Below, one piece after another: positions 18,512 to 26,831 of a DNA stretch of 60,637 nucleotides. The notes under the pieces were generated by a model. The model did not search any database and was not told the origin of the DNA. It saw only the letters and a list, made by a program, of their open reading frames with translations. Where the stretch lies: positions 1 to 60,637 of the forward strand of contig JBEQLE010000019.1 in assembly GCA_040326155.1 (NCBI GenBank). Direction: 5' to 3'. Within the stretch, counting starts at the first letter, position 1. Each line of letters opens with the position of its first letter. Source of the DNA: Leptospirales bacterium (lineage in GTDB: Bacteria; Spirochaetota; Leptospiria; Turneriellales; JAOUFE01). A program made the translations under genes and the position numbers.

Positions 18512-20320
18512 TTAATTTGCATAAACCTTAATAACAACTCGTCGATTTCTCGCCATTTGCGCCGGATCAGGATCGCCATTTACTACATCATTACCCAGCA
18601 GTTGGTTTTCGCCATGAGGAATGACTCGAACCCGATTTTTAGGAAACGAAGAACCGGCATTTTTACGCAACCAGCTGTAGACCGCATCGCCTCTTTTTCG
18701 CGATAGGTTCATATTCGCATCGGCCTTGCCCTGAGAGTCCGTATGACCGTGAATTTCAACGCGGGAATTTGCGGCAATAACCAATTGTTCCAAAACTTCT
18801 CGAAGTGTAGTTCCGGCTCCCGATTTAAACGAAGCTTGACCGCTGTCAAATTCGATATTGTAGGTCATATCTCCAATAAGTTCTTTAGAACCTTGACTTT
18901 TAGTAAAAGTGGGTAGGTAAGCCGAACTAGAGGCCAAAGATGGGTATCGCGATAAAACACCCTGCAAGTAGGATGGATTAAAAACACTCGTCCAGTTTGG
19001 ATAACCGTCCATAAAGTCAGGATAATAATACATGGCCAGTTTTGCAAACTGGTTGTAGACAATTTCACCGATGTCCGTTCCGCCGCCTAAACCAAAATAA
19101 GTTAAATTTCGTTGAAGGTTACTTACGGAAGATCCACCGATTTCAACAGTAAGACCTGTAATATCTTTTACTTTCACAACATCGTAGTATTTATACCAGT
19201 AATCGGCAGATTCAGAGCCAAATATCTCTTTAACATACTTTGCCGCTTCCCATCTTTTGTCCTGAGAAGACTTAGCTTTAATTTGACCTTTTTTCAATTT
19301 CTGATCAGCCGTAAGAATTTCATCAGCAGCCTCAAAGATTGCTGCAAGCATGTTTTCTACAGTACTGCGGTGATTTTCATCCCACTCTTTTAAACCGACT
19401 ATATATTGGGGCATTTGGTTACTGTACTCTTTTGTAGAAACAATAGAAACCAGACCGCCTCTTTGGTCGGCAATATTTTTATCGCCGGGAGTCCAGGTGA
19501 CTGAACCGTTAATTAAAACCCCACCTGTATCGCCTTCTTCCACAGGGTTGCCCTGGTAATCTTTACCGGCAGTTTTAAACTTAAGTTCAATTGGTTTACC
19601 AGCTATATACACTTCAGCTGCTTTTAAATAGCTATCTGTATGAATAAAATTCAATGCTTCGGGGTCGTAATAACGTTGGTCAGGATTAAACGGAATATTG
19701 TTTTGTGCACACCAGAATATCATGATATTCCAATCTCCGTCGGCGGCTACGCCTGCCACAAGCCCACCTTTGGCATTATTCGGGTCTTTTTTCCAGGATG
19801 GTGGTCCCATAAATTTATCTTCCCCGGAACTAAACCCCGAGAAACCTATAATTTCAGCTGTATAGCCCGTACCTTTCAGGGCCTTATTCGTATCGTTTAA
19901 TATCCAACCGCCAGCGTCACCCATAATGGTGAAAAAATGAATACCCTGATTGGAATCTTCGGTCGGCTCATTCAGTGAAGATGCAAAAGCGACTAAAGCG
20001 GCAATCTGGTTTGGAATTTCTTCCATTCGGTTAAACCCGAGACTAATTCCATGTTTTGCAAATATACTATTTGCTTTCGTAACTTTACCCTGGTTAGCAT
20101 AAGCCCATGCCTGGTGAGAATTCCAGGTCCAGTGACCGAGGCGAACCACATTGGTGCCCGGCAAAGCAGCGGAATCGATAATAGGTACGCTGGAAGCTTT
20201 GTTGGGTTTGCTGGGAAATATTACATCGAGAGTATCTGTGCTTTTTAACCCTATATACAATAGGGTAACCACCACAAATCCTATAATTACTTTCCCTGAA
20301 GTTTTCATCTTGCGTGCCAT
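18512..20320 (-). CDS. ABC substrate-binding protein (SsuA/NMT1-like) fused to a C-terminal OmpA-like peptidoglycan-binding domain
   Basis: N-terminal TM anchor, SBP-like body (S.GEDK, VTWTPGD), then IEFDSG, IHGHTDSQG, NMNLSRKRG and RNRRVVI; AGGAG RBS. Confidence 0.85.
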   Translation of the reverse strand: MARKMKTSGKVIIGFVVVTLLYIGLKSTDTLDVIFPSKPNKASSVPIIDSAALPGTNVVRLGHWTWNSHQAWAYANQGKVTKANSIFAKHGISLGFNRMEEIPNQIAALVAFASSLNEPTEDSNQGIHFFTIMGDAGGWILNDTNKALKGTGYTAEIIGFSGFSSGEDKFMGPPSWKKDPNNAKGGLVAGVAADGDWNIMIFWCAQNNIPFNPDQRYYDPEALNFIHTDSYLKAAEVYIAGKPIELKFKTAGKDYQGNPVEEGDTGGVLINGSVTWTPGDKNIADQRGGLVSIVSTKEYSNQMPQYIVGLKEWDENHRSTVENMLAAIFEAADEILTADQKLKKGQIKAKSSQDKRWEAAKYVKEIFGSESADYWYKYYDVVKVKDITGLTVEIGGSSVSNLQRNLTYFGLGGGTDIGEIVYNQFAKLAMYYYPDFMDGYPNWTSVFNPSYLQGVLSRYPSLASSSAYLPTFTKSQGSKELIGDMTYNIEFDSGQASFKSGAGTTLREVLEQLVIAANSRVEIHGHTDSQGKADANMNLSRKRGDAVYSWLRKNAGSSFPKNRVRVIPHGENQLLGNDVVNGDPDPAQMARNRRVVIKVYAN

Positions 20321-20665
20321 TATACGTAACTCCTTTTAAATTCCATATATAATAATAATATTACCACTAGGCTTGAAAATAAGTTCAAATGTCAATTAAA
20401 AAAAGTTTTTCGAGGTTTTTTTAATTGTGCACAGTTCATAACAATATAGTCCTGCTTTGAAAATAAACGAACTGGTTTCAAAAACTTCAAAACAGATTGA
20501 CAACTAATTTCTATTGCATTTATTGCAACAGGTTGGCCGCTCAGGGCCTGCTCGTCCCTCTCTTTTTGTTGTTTGTGCTGTTACGGAAAATGTATAGAAG
20601 ATTTAGAAAAAAAACCATTACCAGCGCCCCTGTGGAACAAAAAGGCAAGAAAGACAAAAAGCATA

Positions 20666-20696
20666 AAATAAAGAAATAAAGAAATAAAGAAATAAA
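20666..20696 (+). repeat. Short tandem repeat (AAATAAAG)x~4
   Basis: Three full units plus one partial unit read directly. Confidence 0.7.
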
Positions 20697-20774
20697 AAAA
20701 GAGTTTTAAGTCTAAAAAAATGGGCGTGACTTAAAGATTTTTATAAAATGTATTTATCTCGCAATTGAATCAAA

Positions 20775-21221
20775 ATGAATAAATTTAAAATAAATTGGTC
20801 TGACCTGGATGAAAACAGACAAAATGCTCTAGCGGAGTTCTCCGGGTTTTATGCGCTCGTCGCTGAAAATATCGAAGACGAAGCTTCTACGGAAGTGGAT
20901 CTTTTATATATTGGCATGGCCTATGAACGAACCATTTTAAATTTAGTCAAGCAACCTTACCGCGCTTTTGACTTTCTAGAAGAGTATGAAAAGCTTAACC
21001 TCGATATGGAAACGTTCTTTATGGTCGGGTTACTTCAGGAAAACGCTCCAAATGAAACACCAAAAAATATTTTCAGCAATATCCAATGTCTTTTAGTTCG
21101 CCAGAATGAACCTCTGTTTAATGTGCCTTGTAAGGAAATAAAAAGTAATCACACAGCAAATCTTTCCATAACCAACAGCGGCGATTACGAACCCCTTGAA
21201 GAATTTTCAGATTCTCTGTGA
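20775..21221 (+). CDS. Hypothetical protein, degenerate GIY-YIG-like fold
   Basis: SGFYAL, LLYIGMA and EPLFN pattern. Confidence 0.55.
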   Translation: MNKFKINWSDLDENRQNALAEFSGFYALVAENIEDEASTEVDLLYIGMAYERTILNLVKQPYRAFDFLEEYEKLNLDMETFFMVGLLQENAPNETPKNIFSNIQCLLVRQNEPLFNVPCKEIKSNHTANLSITNSGDYEPLEEFSDSL

Positions 21222-21237
21222 AGAAGAAGAGAGGTTA

Positions 21238-21503
21238 ATAAGGAAGGCAGGAAGGGTAGGAATTGTAGGAAAAGATTAAGAGAAGATAAGGAGAAGATTA
21301 AATAGATCGGATTTACAGGATTAACCGGTTTTAGAGAATAACTCTGTTCCATTTCAGAAAACTTTTGCGATATATTAAAACTTCAAAATTCAATACACAA
21401 CTGATCTCTTAACCTGTTAATCCTGTAAATCCTGTCAAAAATTCTTCCTCTTTTCTTCCTCCATTCCTGTCTTCCTGTCTTCCTTATCTCCTGCATTCCT
21501 TAT
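21238..21503 (+). repeat. Nested-palindrome interspersed element, copy B (complete)
   Basis: Begins ATAAGGAAGGCAGGAA and ends CTCCTGCATTCCTTAT; aligns to the reverse complement of copy A along its length. Confidence 0.85.
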
Positions 21504-21619
21504 AACTCCCCTTTTCTTCACATAAATGCTAAAAACAGAATTTAAATTTGAAATTGTAATACATTTGCTGTACATTAATTATGTGGCACAAGACATTAAG
21601 TCAAAGAAGGTGAATTAAC

Positions 21620-21925
21620 ATGGAAATTGCTCAAATTAAACAAGACATTAAAGATCTGCGTGAGAAATCGCAAGCCGAATGCAAGCAAATTTACAAAGAA
21701 GCAAAAGAAAAAACCGCGTCTATTAGACTGCAAACCCAACTGGAAATAGATAAATTAAAAGAGAAGGAGAGTGAACTTAAAAAAAATAGACAGGCAAAAG
21801 ATTCCTTCGTTCATACTCGAATAGACAGTTCGCTATCCGAAAAGTTGAAAGAAAGAGCAGAAACTTCAGGCGTTTCGACTTCCGATTATGTACGCTCCTT
21901 AATTGAAGCTTCGCTGAAAAATTAA
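21620..21925 (+). CDS. Coiled-coil plus C-terminal ribbon-helix-helix (CopG-like) DNA-binding protein
   Basis: FVHTRIDSSLSEKLKERAETSGVSTSDYVRSLI fits an RHH; AAGGTG RBS. Confidence 0.75.
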   Translation: MEIAQIKQDIKDLREKSQAECKQIYKEAKEKTASIRLQTQLEIDKLKEKESELKKNRQAKDSFVHTRIDSSLSEKLKERAETSGVSTSDYVRSLIEASLKN

Positions 21926-21978
21926 AATAAAATGGCATGCAGACGATTTTACCAGTAATTAACCAAATTGAATTTTAA

Positions 21979-22169
21979 AGAAAAAGATTAATAGACAGGA
22001 TTAACATGATTCACCGGTTTGAGAGAAGAGCTCTGTTCCATTTCAGAAAACTTTTGCGATATAATTATAATTTCAGATTCAATTCACAACTGATCTCTTA
22101 ACCTGTTAATCCTGTAAATCCTGTCAAAAATTCTTACTCTTTCCATTCCTGTCTTCTTGCTTTCCTTAT
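21979..22169 (+). repeat. Nested-palindrome interspersed element, copy C (left outer arm missing)
   Basis: GACAGGATTAAC...CTCTGTTCCATTTCAGAAAACTTTTGCGATAT...TTAATCCTGTAAATCCTGTCAAAAATTCTT, near-identical to the core of copy B. Confidence 0.85.
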
Positions 22170-22171
22170 AA

Positions 22172-22393
22172 TTACCCTTCTCCTATCTTATTTATGTCAC
22201 AACTTTCAAGAATCGGTTTATTATAACCATTTGCCGCAGCTCGAATGAGAGCTTTTCCGAGAGTTTCAGAATTTGTAACCTTACTTTTAATCGGTTGAAT
22301 ATAAGCGGGTCGAAACATATAGGCGTCTTGAAATGGCATGTCGAATAAAACATTTTCAGTTTTACCCCTTACCCTTGCCCACATAATTTTCAC
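22172..22393 (-). pseudogene. C-terminal fragment of an NAD(P)-binding epimerase/oxidoreductase (YraR/TIP30-like)
   Basis: MWARVRGKTEN..L..F...Y.FRPAYIQP and LGKALI..A....KPILE motifs, but no Rossmann N-terminus; only 73 aa. Confidence 0.7.
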
Positions 22394-22473
22394 TTTTTAT
22401 TAACCTCGCCATGGCTTTATTATGCTTTCAATTTACTGGATAACTTTTTCACAAAATATATAATAGCGTCACT

Positions 22474-22935
22474 TCACTCATTATGACCGGCAACACTATC
22501 GAGTAAAAACATCCATTTACCATTTTCAAATATCATACTTAACGTGCCTTTATCTTGATTCGTTGTCCAATATATATATGCCAATTCGTCTTTTACTTCC
22601 AGATTTTCAATCTTCATATTTAAAATCTCTGTTGTTTTAACAGAATTAAGAATTGCCACAAAATACCCTTGAGTAGTTAGAGTATCTATTGATTCGGGAG
22701 GAATCGAAAATGCATTGGAAATCAAATTGCGCCCTATTGGGTTAGCTTTGTTGTCATTTAATTGAACTGTAATTTTTCCTCGACTATCTTCAGAAACATA
22801 CCCCCAAAGATTATTATAATCACGTTCATTGAATAAGCGAACAACATCTTCTGCTGCATTTTTTGGTGAAGGAATGTTTGTACAGTTGATTGAAAATAAA
22901 GAGAGTAACGCAATGAATATTAAAAGTGGTTTCAT
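22474..22935 (-). CDS. Putative lipoprotein (NTF2-like small alpha/beta fold suspected)
   Basis: MKPLLIFIALLSLFSINC signal and lipobox from ATG 22935; C-terminal ENGKW. Confidence 0.7.
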   Translation of the reverse strand: MKPLLIFIALLSLFSINCTNIPSPKNAAEDVVRLFNERDYNNLWGYVSEDSRGKITVQLNDNKANPIGRNLISNAFSIPPESIDTLTTQGYFVAILNSVKTTEILNMKIENLEVKDELAYIYWTTNQDKGTLSMIFENGKWMFLLDSVAGHNE

Positions 22936-23086
22936 ATTGATCCTTGATACAAATTTTATTAGTAGAATTTTAATTTGTAATGCTGTGTTTTTCAAAAGAT
23001 AGTTCTATAGTCAACAGGATTTTTACGCCCACCCTGCCCATAAAATTTCACTTTACTTGCCATCCTATACCAGGAATTCGTTTTCT

Positions 23087-23287
23087 ATGAATCAAGACGG
23101 ACAACTTCGCAAAAATATTTCACCGGGAAAACGGGTGAATATTGTACTTAAAGCTGACCAGAGAACCGGAAACCTCACCGAAGGTGTTGTACAAGACATT
23201 CTAACGAACTCGCAAAACCATCCACATGGAATAAAAGTTCGTTTGGAAACCGGAGAAGTCGGTCGTGTGAAAGAAGTTTTGGGCTAA
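23087..23287 (+). CDS. YwbE (DUF2196) family protein
   Basis: IVLKADQRTG.LTEGVV.DILTNS..HPHGIKVRLETGEVGRV signature. Confidence 0.9.
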   Translation: MNQDGQLRKNISPGKRVNIVLKADQRTGNLTEGVVQDILTNSQNHPHGIKVRLETGEVGRVKEVLG

Positions 23288-23488
23288 CAACCTTTTTCAT
23301 TTGGGGGGAAACCCCCCTGGCTCTGGCTTTTTTCACTGCGCAAAAAAGAGCCGCCGCCACCCCCCTGTTTTTTATTCTAACAAAACCTCTCTGCCACATA
23401 TCCACTAACAAAATGTAATGAATGAACCATATTTGCCAAATATTTTAATATATTGGTAGTATCGAAATAAAAGGAATGGTTTAGTATC

Positions 23489-26400
23489 TTGCTTGTTACT
23501 TATCAATACAATTATTTAACTTACCTCTTAGAAAGAAAAAAATCGAACTTCTGGTGTAAATTATTGTATTATTCCGTTTTGGTATTGTGTTTGTTGCTGG
23601 CTTTTTTCTTCGCCGGTTGCTCGACACCTTCTGCGTCAAAGAATATTATTTTAACTGAGCAAGAACAAACCTGGCTTAAAGAGCACCCTGTGTTGAGAAT
23701 CGCTGGAGTTCCAGAGTGGGCCCCTCTGGTTATGTTGGACGAGAAAAATGAACTTACAGGCATTGCCGGTGACTATATTCATATTATTGAAAAGGAGCTG
23801 GGAATCGAATTTCAACTGATTGATATTGAGACATGGGATGAAGTACTCGAAAGTGGAAGATCGAAAAAAATTGATGTGATAGCAATTTTAGGACAGACTC
23901 CGGATCGTGATACCTATCTAAATTTTTCAGATATTCTGGTGGAGCTTCCCTATGTTATTATCTCCCACCTGGACCATGATGAGATCTCGCATATATCACA
24001 ACTATATGGTAAACGTGTTTCGGTTGCCAACCGATTTGTTGCCCATGAGTGGCTCGGGCGCGATCACCCAGAGGTTTTTCTTATTCCTAAACATGATACT
24101 GCTCACGCCCTGGAAGCTGTTTCCCTGGGCGAAGCGGAATTTTATATAGGGGATATAGCATCGGCAAGTCATGTTATCAGTACATATGGTTTATCAAAAT
24201 TAAAAGTTGCCGGCCAAACTACTTTTGTAAATCGTCTGCGTTTTGGAATTCGCAAAGACTGGACGCAACTTGGACCTATTTTAAACAAAGTTTTTAACCA
24301 AATATCGAAAACGGAGCGACACTCCATCTGGGGTCGTTGGGTAGAGCTTCGTACCGATGGACTTGACCCGAAAGTTGTTATTCCAGTCATTTCCGGGCTG
24401 GTGGTTATTATTTTGATTGTTCTTGTTGCGGGTATTTATAGGCTACGAAAAGCTTATGGTTCACTGGAAAATCTGGTTGAAGACAGGGTTAAAGAGATAG
24501 CCCGGACAAATGAATACTTAACTGACAGTGAAAAACGGTTGAGCGAAGCAATTATCAACTCGCCACACCCGATTATGGTTCACGCCGAAGACGGGGAAGT
24601 TATCTTAATTAGCAATGTCTGGTTTGAAATTACAGGCTATACCCGAGAGGAAATTTCAACAACCGCAGAATGGGCAAAAAGAGCGTATGGTATTGAATCG
24701 GGAAAAGTTCAAGAAGAGATTGAATCGTTATATGATTTCAAAGGAATTAAAAAAGAAGGTGAGTATAAAGTAACTACGGCAAATGGTAAAATTCGTATTT
24801 GGGATTTTCAATCGGAATCTTTGCCTCCCCTGCCCGATGGCCGCCGCGTGGTTTTAAGCAACGCTGTCGATATTACAGAACGAATTGAACGAGAAAAAAT
24901 TAGTTTAAAAGAGCTGGAACGTAGTAATATGCTTCGGAATCTTCACATGCATGCTCTGGACTGGACCGACCAGGAGATTTTCGATTTTGTACTCGAAAAA
25001 GCGGTAATGCTTACCGATAGCAAGATTGGTTATCTGCACCGTATTAACGAAGATCAAAAAACTATTTCGTTAATTACATGGAATAAAGAGGCTCTGAAGT
25101 CTTGCACTGCCGTTTATGACTCCCATTACCCTGTTCATAAAGCCGGAGTATGGGCAGATAGCGCCAGACAAAAACGACCTGTCATACATAATGATTATCA
25201 AAAATTAGAGAATAAAAAAGGTTACCCGGAAGGTCATGCTCCTATTCATAAACACCTTAGTCTGCCCATTTTAGATGGCGACAAAGTTCGTATGATTATC
25301 GGAGTGGGTAATAAAGAGACCAATTATAACGAAAACGATGTGTCGCAAATTCAGTTGATAGCTAATGAACTATTAATTGTTATTCAACATAAAGAATCGG
25401 AAGAGCGTATTGAATTTCTGGCGAATCATGACGTATTAACCCGTCTGCCGAATCGTCTTTTATTTAAAGACAGGCTCGCGCAAGCGATCTCTATTGCAGA
25501 GCGTTCTCAAGACAAAGTTTCTGTTTTCTTTCTCGATCTAGATAATTTCAAAAGTATTAATGACTCTCTCGGGCACTCGGTCGGCGACATTCTTCTTCAA
25601 GTCGTAGCAACACGCCTTGAAAAATGTGTGCGGACAAGCGATACCATCAGCAGACAAGGTGGCGATGAGTTTCTTATTGTTCTGCCGAATGTTAGCAAAA
25701 CCGGAGATATAACCTTAATTATTGAAAATATTTTAAAAGAGCTGGCTCTTCCTTATGAAATTAACGGGCATGAACTTTCTGTTTCTGTGTCCATCGGCAT
25801 TGCGCTGTTCCCGGATGATGGAACTGATTTAGATACGTTGTTAAAAAAAGCCGATATTGCAATGTATTCAGCTAAAGATGCGGGCAAAAATACATATCGT
25901 TTTTTTACCGACCAGATGAATGTGGACTCTATGGCGATTATGAATATGCGGAATCATTTGAACCATGCTATTTCAGAAAATGAATTTATTTTATACTATC
26001 AACCACAAATTGATATAAAAACCGGTTCGGTTGTCGGAGTCGAAGCCCTATTGCGATGGAATCATCCTGATCGTGGTATATTATCTCCAGATAAATTTAT
26101 TCCGGTCGCAGAAGATAGCGGTTTAATTGTTCCCATTGGAGAGTGGGTATTACGCGAAGCCTGTCGACAGGCAGTAGAATGGGAAAAGTCAGGTTTTGAA
26201 AATCTCGTGGTTGCCGTGAATCTTTCGGCAGTGCAGTTTAAACATGGTAACCTGGAAGATGTTGTTATTGAAGCATTGGGCGAATCGGGACTTGACCCGG
26301 AGTTGCTGGAGCTTGAATTGACAGAGTCTATATTAATTCATGATACCGAAAATGTGCTTCTATTGGTAAAGCGTTTGAAAGCCCTAGGCATACATATGGC

Positions 26401-26731
26401 CATCGACGATTTTGGAACCGGGTATTCCAGTCTCTCTTATTTGCAACGCCTCTCGGTCGATAAATTAAAAATTGACAAATCGTTTATCAGTAAATTGGAT
26501 ATGAATTCTGAAGATGTGGCCATTGTTCGTGCTATTATCCAGATGGCTCGTACGCTAAATCTGAAAACTATTGCCGAGGGGGTAGAAAACGAACAGCAGT
26601 TGAAAATTTTGAATGTTCAGAAAGTCGATGAAGTACAGGGGTTTTATTTTGCCGGCCCCATGCCTCCTGATGATATATTAGCCTATCTACATAAAAATCG
26701 TAAATCTTCGAAACCAATACGGATAGCCTGA
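23489..26731 (+). CDS. Periplasmic SBP (family 3)-TM-PAS-GAF-GGDEF-EAL c-di-GMP enzyme
   Basis: WLKEHP..R SBP start, PAS, GAF, intact GGDEF, EALLRW and DDFGTGYSSL; start codon uncertain. Confidence 0.92.
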   Translation: MLVTYQYNYLTYLLERKKSNFWCKLLYYSVLVLCLLLAFFFAGCSTPSASKNIILTEQEQTWLKEHPVLRIAGVPEWAPLVMLDEKNELTGIAGDYIHIIEKELGIEFQLIDIETWDEVLESGRSKKIDVIAILGQTPDRDTYLNFSDILVELPYVIISHLDHDEISHISQLYGKRVSVANRFVAHEWLGRDHPEVFLIPKHDTAHALEAVSLGEAEFYIGDIASASHVISTYGLSKLKVAGQTTFVNRLRFGIRKDWTQLGPILNKVFNQISKTERHSIWGRWVELRTDGLDPKVVIPVISGLVVIILIVLVAGIYRLRKAYGSLENLVEDRVKEIARTNEYLTDSEKRLSEAIINSPHPIMVHAEDGEVILISNVWFEITGYTREEISTTAEWAKRAYGIESGKVQEEIESLYDFKGIKKEGEYKVTTANGKIRIWDFQSESLPPLPDGRRVVLSNAVDITERIEREKISLKELERSNMLRNLHMHALDWTDQEIFDFVLEKAVMLTDSKIGYLHRINEDQKTISLITWNKEALKSCTAVYDSHYPVHKAGVWADSARQKRPVIHNDYQKLENKKGYPEGHAPIHKHLSLPILDGDKVRMIIGVGNKETNYNENDVSQIQLIANELLIVIQHKESEERIEFLANHDVLTRLPNRLLFKDRLAQAISIAERSQDKVSVFFLDLDNFKSINDSLGHSVGDILLQVVATRLEKCVRTSDTISRQGGDEFLIVLPNVSKTGDITLIIENILKELALPYEINGHELSVSVSIGIALFPDDGTDLDTLLKKADIAMYSAKDAGKNTYRFFTDQMNVDSMAIMNMRNHLNHAISENEFILYYQPQIDIKTGSVVGVEALLRWNHPDRGILSPDKFIPVAEDSGLIVPIGEWVLREACRQAVEWEKSGFENLVVAVNLSAVQFKHGNLEDVVIEALGESGLDPELLELELTESILIHDTENVLLLVKRLKALGIHMAIDDFGTGYSSLSYLQRLSVDKLKIDKSFISKLDMNSEDVAIVRAIIQMARTLNLKTIAEGVENEQQLKILNVQKVDEVQGFYFAGPMPPDDILAYLHKNRKSSKPIRIA

Positions 26732-26831
26732 TATTATTGTATATTTTAATAGTACATACAACATTTATGTTTGCGTCACCAAATTATTTGAATATGGTTT
26801 GACTTTAGGTAATAGGAGATAATATTTAACT

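Noticed and set aside
20497..20679. 60-aa ORF with a hydrophobic stretch
   Set aside because: TTG start, no RBS, and it runs into an A-rich tandem repeat; cannot be supported, although a small membrane protein is not excluded.
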